Shown one piece after another: positions 36,319 to 46,497 of a DNA stretch of 53,742 nt (the stretch's first letter is position 1; every line of letters starts with the position of its first letter). The notes under the pieces were generated by a model. That model was not told where the DNA came from. It was given only the letters and a program-made list of their open reading frames with translations, and searched no databases. Made by a program: the position numbers and the translations under genes. This DNA is from a virus (lineage: Duplodnaviria; Caudoviricetes), in the IMG/VR virus record IMGVR_UViG_3300040985_000553, positions 1-53,742 of that record, one strand, 5' to 3'.

Positions 36319-36482
36319 TTTTCGGGAGGGGGAGGGAAAAATTTGGCCCGTCCCTATGTATATATAAAAGGCACCTCAGAAAAATTTTTCAAAAAAATCA
36401 GACTTGGTATTACATCAGTTTTGTGTAATATACGCCCCCCAATCTCCTTGTCTGTGTCGTCCCATCAGGATATCCTCAGTCT

Positions 36483-37106
36483 ATGAGCAATCGCATCTCC
36501 AAGGGCCGCTACGGCGACGACAATGATCCAAAGATTATCGAGGCAGAACGCCGCCGTCTTGAGACGGATGAGCAGTTCAACCAGCTGCCCGAGTTTATGT
36601 CTCGGCCCGAGGCCTACAACGATCCGAAGGATAAGCGTCGTCGTATGCAGATGTCGGTTCTCCCCTTTCGTCTGTCGCCTATGCAATATAAATTTGCCTA
36701 TGAGTTCATAGAGACGGGCGATGCCTACAACGCATACATCAACGCCGGGTACTCCATCAACGGCAAAAAGCCGTTTCAGATTCGAGGCAAGGCCAAGGAA
36801 CTGTTGTCGGTCCCGAAAATTAACGCCTTTGTCGAACACATCAGGGAAAAAGCAATGGAAAAGCTAGTCATCAACATCGACGACATCGTCGATAAGTTTC
36901 TCACCACCTACAATCAGGCAATGGCCTCGGAAGATTTTACTAATGCTAACCGTGCACTGGAGAATCTGGGTAAACACCTCGGCATGTTTGTCGAGAAGGC
37001 ACTGATCGAACAGAAGATCACCATGTCTGCGGAGCAACTCGACGCCGAAATCGCCAAGTATCAGGGCATTATCGATGCAGCTATCCAGCAGCCAGTCAAG
37101 CACTGA
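36483..37106 (+). CDS. terS: terminase small subunit
   Basis: LSPMQYKFAYEFI...AYINAGYS HTH and ALENLGKHLGMF; directly before terL. Confidence 0.85.
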   Translation: MSNRISKGRYGDDNDPKIIEAERRRLETDEQFNQLPEFMSRPEAYNDPKDKRRRMQMSVLPFRLSPMQYKFAYEFIETGDAYNAYINAGYSINGKKPFQIRGKAKELLSVPKINAFVEHIREKAMEKLVINIDDIVDKFLTTYNQAMASEDFTNANRALENLGKHLGMFVEKALIEQKITMSAEQLDAEIAKYQGIIDAAIQQPVKH

Positions 37107-38637
37107 GGCGGAGCGTCCCGAGGTCCTCCTCGCACTGATGAAGGCCCGTGCTGCACAGGCAGCACACGACGATTTCGCCTCCTACGTCAGGATGATGGCC
37201 CCGCTGATTGTCCCGGACTTCCGATGGGGACGACATATCGACATTATTTGTCGTGAATTGCAGCGTTGTGTCGATCAGGGCGGACAGCGCATCATGGTTT
37301 TTCTCCCACCACGGTCGTCCAAGTCCCTGATCTCGTCCAGATTGTTCCCGTCGTGGTACATGGGACGCAATCCTGCCCACGAAATCCTCACCATCAGCCA
37401 TAATGAGCAGCTATCCTCGGACTTTGGCCGGTCTGTCCGCGATCTGGTGGCAACTGGAGAGTTTGAGGAGGTATTTGACGGGGTTCGTCTACGGAAAGAC
37501 GCCAAGGCTGCGGGTAAATGGAAGACAAACAAGGGTGGATCGTACTTCTCGGCTGGTGTTAAGTCTCAGATTGCCGGTCGCGGTGCCCACGTAGCCATTA
37601 TTGATGATGCAATGTCTGAGGAGGATGCTTTCTCCGATTCCGGGCGCGAATACATCAAGAATTGGTACCCGTCAGGCCTCCGAACCCGTCTGATGCCCGG
37701 TGGGTCCATCGTCATTATCAACACCCGCTACCACGACGACGATCTCTGCGGGTGGCTACTGCGAAATCAGGGCAATGAGGAGGTGGAGACACAAAAATGG
37801 AAGGTCATCAAGATACCTGCATGGGTCGATGACGAGGCGTCTGATCTCCTCGGACTCCCGGTCGGGTCGTCGTATTTCCCCGAATGGAAGACAGACGAAC
37901 TGCTCCGTCAGGACGAGGCAGAGATCAGGTCAAACAACGGTGCCAAGTACTGGCAGTCGCTCTACATGCAGAACCCGACGCCAGACGACGGCGGTATCAT
38001 CAAGATGGGCTACCTCCAGCCGTGGAAGGATTCGGACCCACCCGACTGTGAATTTGTCGTCCAGACACTCGACACCGCCTTCAGTACCAGACAGACCGCC
38101 GACGAATCGGTAATCCAGACATGGGGCATATTCCACCAAGCCCAGACCGACTCGGCAGGACTGGAACATATTGTCGCCAACATAATCCTGCTCGGCAACG
38201 AACACGGGCGGTGGGAGTACCCAGAACTACGTGCCCTTGCACAGGAGGAGTACGACCACCACAGACCTGATCTGATGATTGTCGAGAAGAAAGCGTCCGG
38301 TCAATCACTGATTCAAGACCTGCGTCGTGCCGGACTGCCAATCATGGAGTACAACCCTGACCGCGACAAAGTATCGCGTGTCAACGCAGTGACCCCGCTG
38401 ATGGAGTCTGGTCGCGTCTGGATACCGGCAGATCGGCAGTGGGCAGACGACCTACTCAATCAGGCACTACGGTTCCCCGGCGGTAAGCACGACGACATGG
38501 TAGATGCCATGGCAATGGCAGTGCTGTACATGAAAGACTCGTGGCGAGTCGAACACCCCGACGATCCGGAATGGGAAGACGAGGCACCACGGAAACGGCG
38601 GGGCGGTTATTGGGTACTCCCCGGCTCCGGCGTATAA
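37075..38637 (+). CDS. terL: terminase large subunit
   Basis: PPRSSKS Walker A-like, IIDD Walker B, LYMQNP, DTA and HDDMVDA nuclease motifs. Confidence 0.95.
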   Translation: MQLSSSQSSTEAERPEVLLALMKARAAQAAHDDFASYVRMMAPLIVPDFRWGRHIDIICRELQRCVDQGGQRIMVFLPPRSSKSLISSRLFPSWYMGRNPAHEILTISHNEQLSSDFGRSVRDLVATGEFEEVFDGVRLRKDAKAAGKWKTNKGGSYFSAGVKSQIAGRGAHVAIIDDAMSEEDAFSDSGREYIKNWYPSGLRTRLMPGGSIVIINTRYHDDDLCGWLLRNQGNEEVETQKWKVIKIPAWVDDEASDLLGLPVGSSYFPEWKTDELLRQDEAEIRSNNGAKYWQSLYMQNPTPDDGGIIKMGYLQPWKDSDPPDCEFVVQTLDTAFSTRQTADESVIQTWGIFHQAQTDSAGLEHIVANIILLGNEHGRWEYPELRALAQEEYDHHRPDLMIVEKKASGQSLIQDLRRAGLPIMEYNPDRDKVSRVNAVTPLMESGRVWIPADRQWADDLLNQALRFPGGKHDDMVDAMAMAVLYMKDSWRVEHPDDPEWEDEAPRKRRGGYWVLPGSGV

Positions 38638-38645
38638 TTTGGCGC

Positions 38646-39413
38646 ATGGCTGACGATATCAGAGAACTGAATGCATTGATTGCAGACTACGGTCGGGAGT
38701 TTCAATCTCCGGCCTCTGATCGTCGCAATTCTGAAGATAAAACATTTAGCCAAAAGACTCAAGAATTTCTTAGAGACACAGGACTAGACCCAGCCTATAA
38801 ATTTTATCTTATGTCGATGATTGATAAGGCTCAACACAAAATTTCCGACGTTTTTGGAAACTCTAAAGGAACTGCCACTTTTACCGAGGCTCTTTTGTCT
38901 CCTGAAGAATTAGCCGTTTTAGATAAAGTAGCCTATGACCGTCTACGCAGAGGCAAAAAAAGTATCTCTAAAAAGGAATGGTTTATGGATGATGATCTTG
39001 CTGATATAGACCACACGCATAGATTTTATCCAACCCTTGGAGCGGTAAACATAGTTGGAGAAGATGCTGACAACACTTACTATGAAGATACGTATGATTT
39101 TGGATATCCTTCTCTTGAAAAGCAAGGCGGAATATTGGGCTTACTGAGCCGAAACAATGAATACACCAACCACTTGTTGGACAATTATAAAAATTATGAT
39201 TTTTCGGGCAACGTCCAGTTAGCAGCATCAGCACTTGCCCCGCTGTTGTCGTACACTGAATCCGACACTCGTGCCCCCCGCGTAAGAATTGCTGTACCCA
39301 AAGCTGCTCCGGGAGTAGTCTACAGCAAGAATCCAGATAAAGATTTGAAGAAATACAGGTCTGGTGGTAGCATCCAGCGTAATCCGTACAACTACGAACC
39401 GAAGGCAATCTGA
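38646..39413 (+). CDS. hypothetical protein, AT-rich, with C-terminal YRSGG tail
   Basis: Probable start ATG 38646; lies between terL and portal. Confidence 0.65.
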   Translation: MADDIRELNALIADYGREFQSPASDRRNSEDKTFSQKTQEFLRDTGLDPAYKFYLMSMIDKAQHKISDVFGNSKGTATFTEALLSPEELAVLDKVAYDRLRRGKKSISKKEWFMDDDLADIDHTHRFYPTLGAVNIVGEDADNTYYEDTYDFGYPSLEKQGGILGLLSRNNEYTNHLLDNYKNYDFSGNVQLAASALAPLLSYTESDTRAPRVRIAVPKAAPGVVYSKNPDKDLKKYRSGGSIQRNPYNYEPKAI

Positions 39414-41854
39414 TGTCACTCGTTGAAAATTATGGACCGAACATTCCTATGGGAGTAGCAGAAGAACTCGAAGACGGTGACCTCTCCGGCCTCCCCCAAG
39501 AACCCGAGTTCGAGATGGAGATGGATGACATCGACATCGAAGGGATGAGCCTGTCCCCGGAAGACATGGATTTTATGTCGGCCATGCAAGACGAAGTTGT
39601 CGCAGAAATTGAAATCCCACACTTTGCCAACCTTGCCGAATATCTTGGCGATGAAGAACTATCAAATGTTGCTGAGAAAGTCATCGAAGGATTTGATGCC
39701 GACAAGGACAGCCGCTCCGAATGGGACGAGACATTGACCCGTGGTCTTGATCTTCTCGGCCTGAAGTTTGAGGAGACCGGCACTGCATTCGACGGATCGT
39801 GTGCGGCAACACATCCGCTGATCATCGAGTCGGCAGTCAAGTTCCAGTCGAAGGCATCTCAGGAGATTCTTCCTGCCAACGGCCCTGTCCGCACACAGAT
39901 CATCGGTGATCCTGACAGTCAGATTGTCCAGCAGTCCAACCGTGTCCGTCGGTTCATGAACTATGAACTGACAGAGATGATGCCCGAGTACTTCGACGAG
40001 ATGGAGCGGATGCTCTTTCACCTCCCGATTGTCGGCTCTGCAATCGTCAAGATGTACTACGACGGCGGTCTGGAACGACCGACTGCCGAACACATCCCGA
40101 TTGATCAGTTCTATGTCAACTACTCGGCAACTGACCTACGTCGTGCCGACCGGTACACCCACATCATCTACAAGTCCCCGGTCGATATCCGCCGCGACAT
40201 CTCAGCAGGAATGTACCGCGATGTCGAAGACCTGTCCGACAGCCCGGACAGCAGCAGATCAGACAATGAGATTTCGTCAAAGATTGACGAGATTATGGGA
40301 CTCAGCGGCAACAACTCCGAAGACCCGGAGTACACCCTCCTCGAACAGCATGTCTTCCTCGAACTCGAAGACGACGACATGCCGTATCCCTACATCGTGA
40401 CAGTCGAGGAATCCTCGCGGCAGGTTCTGTCTCTCCGTCGCAACTATCGTGAAGATGATCCCCGTGCCGAGAAGATGATTCACTTCACCCACTATCGTTT
40501 TGTCCCCGGCTTCGGCTTCTACGGCCTCGGCCTGATCCACCTGATCGGTAACCTGACCATGACGGCAACGTCGGCCATGAGGGCACTCGTCGATGCCGGA
40601 CAGTTCGCCAACCTTCCCGGCGGATTTAAGGCGAAGGGTGTCCGGGTTGTCGGCGATAACGACCCGATCAGCCCCGGTGAGTTCAAGGAAGTAGAGGCAC
40701 TCGGCATGGACCTGAACAAGGCCATCGTCAACCTGCCGTACAAAGAACCTTCCCAGACACTCTTCCAGCTGCTCGGCTTTGTCTCCGGCGCGGCAGAAAA
40801 GTTTGCCGATCAGACCGATCAGGTCATCAATGATTCGACTAACTACGGTCCTGTCGGGACAACCATGGCCTTGCTAGAAGCATCTGCCAAGTTCTTTACA
40901 GCAGTCCACAAGCGTCTCCACCACGCCCAGCGTCAGCAGTTCAAGATTCTGGCCCAGATCAATGAGACGTTTGTCCCGGTAAACGGCTATCCGTACGCCA
41001 CACCAGAGGGAGACATGACCATCTTCCAGCAGGATTTTGATGGTCGTGTGGACGTTCTCCCCGTCTCGGACCCGAACATCCCGAGCCGTGCCCACCGCCT
41101 GTCCTTGGCAAGTCTGGCCCTCCAGTTGGCAGCACAGACACCGTCAGGTACGTTCAATACTCGCGAACTTGTCCGTCAGGTTCTTGAGGCAGCAGACTTC
41201 CCGAACATTGACCAGATCATCACGTCGCCGCAACAGGCACAGCCTCTCGACCCGATGTCGGACCTGTTGATGGCGACAAAAGGAATGCCGATTGCCGCGT
41301 TCCCCGGTCAGGATCACGAAGCGCACATCAAGGTAAAGACGCTGTTCCTGCAAGACCCAACCTCTGGCGGGGCAGAGTCCATGAAACAGTACGTTCCGGC
41401 TATTCAGGCCAATATCCGCGAACACACCATGATGCGGTACAAAACGCAGGTTGAAGGTGTTGTTGCCCAGACGGTGCCGCAGGAACAGTACCAGACGGCT
41501 GTCCAGCAGGGTCTTCAGGAGGCAATTATTGCTGACGCCGCCGCGCAGGTATCTCAGGCTAATCAAGCCGTGGCCGGTCAGGGTAGTCCGGAACAGCAGC
41601 TTCTCCAGATAGAAATGGAAAAACTACAGATGGAGAAAGAACGTCTGGGCATCGACGCAGCCAAGGATGCTGCCGACATTACTATCAAGAATCGTAAACT
41701 CGATCTACAAGACGAGAAACAACTAGCGGATGCTTTCCGAGACGGAGTTAAAATAAATACCAACGTAGATCAGCAGGAAAAAGACCGAAACGAAGAATCG
41801 GTTCAACACGCTCTCGAACTACTGGCTGATCTTGCCAAGCAGGGCGTTTCATAA
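39413..41854 (+). CDS. portal protein
   Basis: 813 aa after terminase; HPLIIES, PGFGFYGLG, LVDAG and PVGTT motifs; coiled-coil C-terminus. Confidence 0.85.
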   Translation: MSLVENYGPNIPMGVAEELEDGDLSGLPQEPEFEMEMDDIDIEGMSLSPEDMDFMSAMQDEVVAEIEIPHFANLAEYLGDEELSNVAEKVIEGFDADKDSRSEWDETLTRGLDLLGLKFEETGTAFDGSCAATHPLIIESAVKFQSKASQEILPANGPVRTQIIGDPDSQIVQQSNRVRRFMNYELTEMMPEYFDEMERMLFHLPIVGSAIVKMYYDGGLERPTAEHIPIDQFYVNYSATDLRRADRYTHIIYKSPVDIRRDISAGMYRDVEDLSDSPDSSRSDNEISSKIDEIMGLSGNNSEDPEYTLLEQHVFLELEDDDMPYPYIVTVEESSRQVLSLRRNYREDDPRAEKMIHFTHYRFVPGFGFYGLGLIHLIGNLTMTATSAMRALVDAGQFANLPGGFKAKGVRVVGDNDPISPGEFKEVEALGMDLNKAIVNLPYKEPSQTLFQLLGFVSGAAEKFADQTDQVINDSTNYGPVGTTMALLEASAKFFTAVHKRLHHAQRQQFKILAQINETFVPVNGYPYATPEGDMTIFQQDFDGRVDVLPVSDPNIPSRAHRLSLASLALQLAAQTPSGTFNTRELVRQVLEAADFPNIDQIITSPQQAQPLDPMSDLLMATKGMPIAAFPGQDHEAHIKVKTLFLQDPTSGGAESMKQYVPAIQANIREHTMMRYKTQVEGVVAQTVPQEQYQTAVQQGLQEAIIADAAAQVSQANQAVAGQGSPEQQLLQIEMEKLQMEKERLGIDAAKDAADITIKNRKLDLQDEKQLADAFRDGVKINTNVDQQEKDRNEESVQHALELLADLAKQGVS

Positions 41855-41877
41855 TAAATTGAGTTAAGGAGATAAAT

Positions 41878-43023
41878 ATGGCAATTCAAGATGATGTATC
41901 AAACTTTTTTGATCGGATGTTAGAATCTGGTCGGCAAGACGCCGGGCGTACATCTCGGGCAATCAGTGTTCTTCCAGAACTAGACGGGCGTGTCCGATCA
42001 AGTCTGGAAATGTATTATCAGCCAGAGCAGTACGGGTCTCTTGAAGAAGCCATGCGATTTGATCCGTCACTTGTGGATCGTGTTATGGAAGCATACGACC
42101 AACAGGCAGGTGGTCTTCTCGGCGCGGATACTTATCCTGACGCAACAATGCCCGATACATCTGGAGCAGTTCCTCGACCCCGTCCGACGGTCCCACAGCC
42201 TGTTTATCCTACCCCACAGCCTGTTTATCCTACCAACAATCCCACGTTAGGTCTTACCGATGCAGAATTGTACCAGTTCGAATCGGTACCTTATGCCCGT
42301 GCTAACGAAGTTCAGACGCTTGGAGATCGGACTGCTGTAATGCGGGGCGAACCAAATCGCGGGGGTGTCTCGATGGCAGGACTGGCATCCGAAGAGATGA
42401 TTGACAATTTCAACGACAAGCAAAGAGCAGCCTATGCACGACTGATCCGAGACATGGCTGGAGCATCTGGCGCTGCCAATATGCGACCAGACGGCGCTGA
42501 ACCCCGATCTGCCTTAGTTAATTCTCAGATTCAGGCCGTAATAGATCGTGAGCGAGGCGCACCACGAGGACGTGTCGGAGATCAGGCAACAGCAGACGAC
42601 GAAAAAGCCGCTATTAAGTTTGGCTCGTTGGCCGCTCCCGGTACAGCCGGTGCAGTTCGAGGCGCACAAGTAGCACAGCGTTTAGGAGGTCTCCGTGCCC
42701 TGTTAAACCGCATCGGTATTGGCAATCTGTCGAAAGCCCGACAGGCCACAAACCAGACGCAGTATCCGATTGGTGTTACATCCCGTTTTGCAAAAAAACC
42801 GATCGGAACAAAGCCAATGCGTGATCCTTCTGGACGGTTTATTGCTCCCCGAGACTACGGCCCACAGCCGCTTCCCTATGGTCCGCAGCCGCTAGGTACT
42901 GTCAGAACTCCTGCCCAAATTCGGACACAGCAGCTTCTCGATGCAGCCCGTCGTGCCCCCGGCGGATATGCCGATGGTGGTCGTCTTCGCGACGGCGTCA
43001 TGGGCGTCTACGACCTTATGTAA
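41878..43023 (+). CDS. hypothetical low-complexity protein with C-terminal YADGG tail
   Basis: AAGGAG RBS; short internal duplications PQPVYPT x2 and YGPQPL x2. Confidence 0.65.
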   Translation: MAIQDDVSNFFDRMLESGRQDAGRTSRAISVLPELDGRVRSSLEMYYQPEQYGSLEEAMRFDPSLVDRVMEAYDQQAGGLLGADTYPDATMPDTSGAVPRPRPTVPQPVYPTPQPVYPTNNPTLGLTDAELYQFESVPYARANEVQTLGDRTAVMRGEPNRGGVSMAGLASEEMIDNFNDKQRAAYARLIRDMAGASGAANMRPDGAEPRSALVNSQIQAVIDRERGAPRGRVGDQATADDEKAAIKFGSLAAPGTAGAVRGAQVAQRLGGLRALLNRIGIGNLSKARQATNQTQYPIGVTSRFAKKPIGTKPMRDPSGRFIAPRDYGPQPLPYGPQPLGTVRTPAQIRTQQLLDAARRAPGGYADGGRLRDGVMGVYDLM

Positions 43024-43024
43024 T

Positions 43025-43240
43025 ATGGTAAAAAAGAAACGACAGGCGAAAATACAAAAGGTCATGCGCGAGTTTGCCGAAGGTCGTCTGAAGTCTGGTG
43101 GTTCTGGCAAGACAGTCACGAATCCAAAACAAGCATATGCAATCGCCAACTCAGGGGCGAACGCATTAAAAGCAGCAAAGGGCGGACGCCTGTGTCGTGG
43201 ATACGGTGCCGCCAGAATGCCAAAGAATGGAGTAGCCTGA
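43025..43240 (+). CDS. small basic protein, DUF6496-like
   Basis: KVMREFAEGRLKSGGSGKTVTNPKQAYAIA. Confidence 0.65.
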   Translation: MVKKKRQAKIQKVMREFAEGRLKSGGSGKTVTNPKQAYAIANSGANALKAAKGGRLCRGYGAARMPKNGVA

Positions 43241-43461
43241 TGGCTGACAAACAACCAAGTCAAGCAGACGTTAATGAAGCTATGGGCATCAATACGACAC
43301 CCGATAGCAACGAGTTCGACAAAAACTATGCGAAGCGTGTACTAGACAACGCCACGAAAGAGCAGAAAGATACAGCGCGTGAAGAACTAAATGTTATGAC
43401 CCGGTCGGGCGGCGGCAATATGCGGTCCTATCGCGGCTACCGCAACGCCCGTCAAGGATAA
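43240..43461 (+). CDS. hypothetical protein (73 aa)
   Basis: GGAG RBS; TGATG coupling. Confidence 0.6.
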   Translation: MADKQPSQADVNEAMGINTTPDSNEFDKNYAKRVLDNATKEQKDTAREELNVMTRSGGGNMRSYRGYRNARQG

Positions 43462-43471
43462 GGAGATCACC

Positions 43472-43600
43472 ATGGCAAAAGGCAACAAATCTTACGGCGA
43501 CACCGCCAAGATTCCGCAGAACGACTTCAGTGTCCGTGCGGAACGTGAAGTTCTTCGGAACTCCGACAAGTCTACTTACCAGATCAAGAAAGGTAAGTAG
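43472..43600 (+). CDS. small protein (42 aa, MAKGNKSYGD...)
   Basis: AAGGAG RBS; manual translation. Confidence 0.6.
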   Translation: MAKGNKSYGDTAKIPQNDFSVRAEREVLRNSDKSTYQIKKGK

Positions 43601-44292
43601 TGCCTCCCCAGCCCAGACCAAAGCCGACCGCGCCCTCCAGACTGGAGAATCTCGGGTACGGTCTGGGCGATGTGGAGTACCTGTCGGAACTATACCCGTA
43701 CATCAAAGATGACCCCCTAGCCCGGCTGGGACTACAGGGCTTTGACCGGGGGCAGACCCGGAGAGGTCTTGCTGATCTTATCGACACCGACCCGGAACAC
43801 AAAAAGCGGTACTCCGGATCGACCGTACGGGGGACGTACAGACCATCGGAGGACTCCATCTATGTCGGGACCACTGATGCACCGGACTGGTACAACCAGA
43901 AATACTGGTCCGGTCTCCCGATAGCGGCGCACGAACTACGTCATCGTGGGACATACATGTCCGGGCTTATCGGGATTGACGCCACACAGGCAGAGAAAGA
44001 CCGGATGCATAGGAAATTTGATGTCTATGATAGCGAGGCGCTTCTCAATAAGTACGGGGACGACGGCATCCCTGACTTGGACACCCTACTACTCAGGTCA
44101 AACGGCATAGGCAGTATTTACGGACGTACCGGCCTGAATGTCCGGAGGAGTGCCCACGGACTTGATGATATGGATGCTGTCGGTCAGGAAGAACTTGATC
44201 GACGCGGTGTCCCCCCACAGATCGATAAAGCAGAGCAACAAAGAAGCAGCTTTATCGATTCAATGCTGAGAACCCTACTTAATCTGAAGTAA
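43600..44292 (+). CDS. putative zincin metallopeptidase
   Basis: GTY...SIYV...AAHELRHRG (HExxH). Confidence 0.55.
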   Translation: MPPQPRPKPTAPSRLENLGYGLGDVEYLSELYPYIKDDPLARLGLQGFDRGQTRRGLADLIDTDPEHKKRYSGSTVRGTYRPSEDSIYVGTTDAPDWYNQKYWSGLPIAAHELRHRGTYMSGLIGIDATQAEKDRMHRKFDVYDSEALLNKYGDDGIPDLDTLLLRSNGIGSIYGRTGLNVRRSAHGLDDMDAVGQEELDRRGVPPQIDKAEQQRSSFIDSMLRTLLNLK

Positions 44293-44320
44293 CCCGTCTT
44301 TCCCACGTAACGGAGAACCT

Positions 44321-44509
44321 ATGTATTTCGAAGACATCAAGAAACAAATAGAAGCCCAGATTGTGGAGTACGAAAAACTCCTTGGGTCTGGAGCACCAGA
44401 AGACTATTCTGCCTATCGTCAATACGTAGGCACCATCTCAGGATTGAAATGGTGTCGGGATTTGGTCGCACAAATCCAGAAACGTACAGCGGAAGGAGAA
44501 GACGATTAA
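44321..44509 (+). CDS. conserved small protein upstream of GroES
   Basis: DYSAYRQYVGTISGL; GGAG RBS. Confidence 0.7.
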   Translation: MYFEDIKKQIEAQIVEYEKLLGSGAPEDYSAYRQYVGTISGLKWCRDLVAQIQKRTAEGEDD

Positions 44510-44928
44510 TGGTCATGGAACCAAAAATGGCAGGTGCCATCAGTAACGCCGATTGGGCACAGGACGAAGACATTGCGGACCCGTCCCCGCTCCCCACAAT
44601 CCCCGGATACCGACTCCTTATCAGGCCTCTGAAAGTTCAGGGCAAGACGAAGGGTTCTATCCTACTCCCAGATTCATTCCAAGATGACATCAACTACCTG
44701 ACCACTGTTGGCCGTGTACTGGCCGTCGGTGATCTTGCCTATCGGGACGACGAAAAGTTTCCTCTCGGCCCGTGGTGTCAGGTAGGCGATTTTGTCTGCT
44801 ACGGAAAGATGAACGGAAACAAACTTCGATATAAGGGCGTAAACCTTATCATGCTTTACGATGACCAGATCATCATGAAGATTGAAGACCCTTCGGATGT
44901 TGATCCGATGTTTAACATCGCCTCATAG
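44509..44928 (+). CDS. groES: GroES/Cpn10-like co-chaperonin
   Basis: PGYRLLIRP...KTKGSILLPD...GRVLAVG...VGDFV...DDQI. Confidence 0.85.
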   Translation: MVMEPKMAGAISNADWAQDEDIADPSPLPTIPGYRLLIRPLKVQGKTKGSILLPDSFQDDINYLTTVGRVLAVGDLAYRDDEKFPLGPWCQVGDFVCYGKMNGNKLRYKGVNLIMLYDDQIIMKIEDPSDVDPMFNIAS

Positions 44929-44952
44929 GCGTAAATTATGGAGGAATCGGTC

Positions 44953-45975
44953 ATGGCCGATGATGACTGGAATGAAGTTGATGTCGAAGCTGCACGTGAG
45001 GACAGCGACGACAAAGTAGAGTATGAAGTTGAGGAGACAGCTACAGAAGAGAAAGCTAAACCTGTACAGGCTGTCGATGAGTCTGAAGATACAGATGAGG
45101 CTTTCGTCGAGGTGGACGAGTCCGCCCCCGATCCTGATCCTGTCGAAGCTGCTCCGGAACTTGAAGGCGTTGACACCGACGGGGCACAGAAACGAATCCG
45201 ACAGCTGGTCCGGCAGCGTAAGGAACGCGAAGAGCAGATCATTGCCCAGCAGCAGGAACTGGCCACACTACAGGCCCAACTGCAAAACACGGAGCATAAA
45301 AATGCCGAGGTCTTTAAGAAAAACTATGACGTTACTGAACGACAGCTTCAGGAAAAGTCTGAGATGGCTCGGTCAGCGTATCTTCGAGCCTACGATGACG
45401 GCGACAAAGAAGCTATGTTGGCCGCTCAAGAAGCTATGTTCGATGCCAAGCAGAATATCAGCTTGGTCCGGCAGGGTCGTCAAGACGTTGAGAAGTATTC
45501 TACCGACCTTGTAAAACAGGCCGAGGCCTATAATAATCAGATAGCTGCTGTCCAACAACAGCCACAGCCAGACGATGGTGCCATTGAGTGGGCCGAAAAC
45601 AATAAGTGGTTCGGTCAGGATCAGGTAGCAACGGCGGCGGCACTTGCAATTGATGCCCAACTAAAGAACGAAGGCTGGGACACAGGAAGTACAGATTTCT
45701 ATCAGGAAGTTGATAAGCGACTAAGTGCTGAACTTCCTAACAAGTTCGGGGCTGCTCCTGCCTCGTCACCCAAGGAGCAAGTGGTAGGGGGACAGTCGCG
45801 TAAGTCTCCCGATTCTACCGGCGGCAAGAAAGGTAATCGTAAGGTCAAGCTGACCCGTGACGATATCGAACTTGCCAAGAAGTGGAACATCCCACTTGAG
45901 CGGTACGCCAAAGAAAAGGCGAAGGCCGAAAAAGCGACGGCGACGGGCGACTATACGTCCATCAATGTCGGTTAA
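44953..45975 (+). CDS. scaffolding-like protein
   Basis: Acidic N-terminus, long coiled coil, WAENNKWFG; upstream of the capsid genes. Confidence 0.65.
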   Translation: MADDDWNEVDVEAAREDSDDKVEYEVEETATEEKAKPVQAVDESEDTDEAFVEVDESAPDPDPVEAAPELEGVDTDGAQKRIRQLVRQRKEREEQIIAQQQELATLQAQLQNTEHKNAEVFKKNYDVTERQLQEKSEMARSAYLRAYDDGDKEAMLAAQEAMFDAKQNISLVRQGRQDVEKYSTDLVKQAEAYNNQIAAVQQQPQPDDGAIEWAENNKWFGQDQVATAAALAIDAQLKNEGWDTGSTDFYQEVDKRLSAELPNKFGAAPASSPKEQVVGGQSRKSPDSTGGKKGNRKVKLTRDDIELAKKWNIPLERYAKEKAKAEKATATGDYTSINVG

Positions 45976-45991
45976 CGCGGAGGACGAAAAC

Positions 45992-46486
45992 ATGAGTGAA
46001 AGTAAAACACGTACGAGTCGAGTTGATGGTGGTCGCAAGACCGAAGAACGATTTGATGATGAGTTCACCGAACCTAATTGGTTGTCAATTCCCGATTCTG
46101 TAATTGACCGGTTCAAAGATCAAGGCCTAGTACTTCGCTGGGTCCGTATTATGATCAACGGACAGGACGACTATAAGAACGTAGGCGACCGACAGAACGA
46201 CGGGTGGACATTTGTCGAACCGAACGATGTGCCAGAGATGATGGCTAATTCTCGTGTCGTGGACGAGGGCCGATTTGAAGGTTGCATTGTCCGTGGTGAC
46301 GTTGCTCTCGCAAAAGCTTCTGCCAAGCGTATGCAAAGCAGACAGGAGTTCTACGAGAACCGATCCCGGACGATGATGGATAACGTAAATGCTCAGTTGA
46401 TGCGTCAGTCAAACTCAGCAATGCCGATCCATAACACCTCCAAGTCATCTGTAACCAAGGGAAGGACGCCTTCCTTTAATGACTAA
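45992..46486 (+). CDS. conserved head-module protein
   Basis: GGAGG RBS; LRWVR...GWTFV motif. Confidence 0.65.
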   Translation: MSESKTRTSRVDGGRKTEERFDDEFTEPNWLSIPDSVIDRFKDQGLVLRWVRIMINGQDDYKNVGDRQNDGWTFVEPNDVPEMMANSRVVDEGRFEGCIVRGDVALAKASAKRMQSRQEFYENRSRTMMDNVNAQLMRQSNSAMPIHNTSKSSVTKGRTPSFND

Positions 46487-46497
46487 GGAGTAACATT

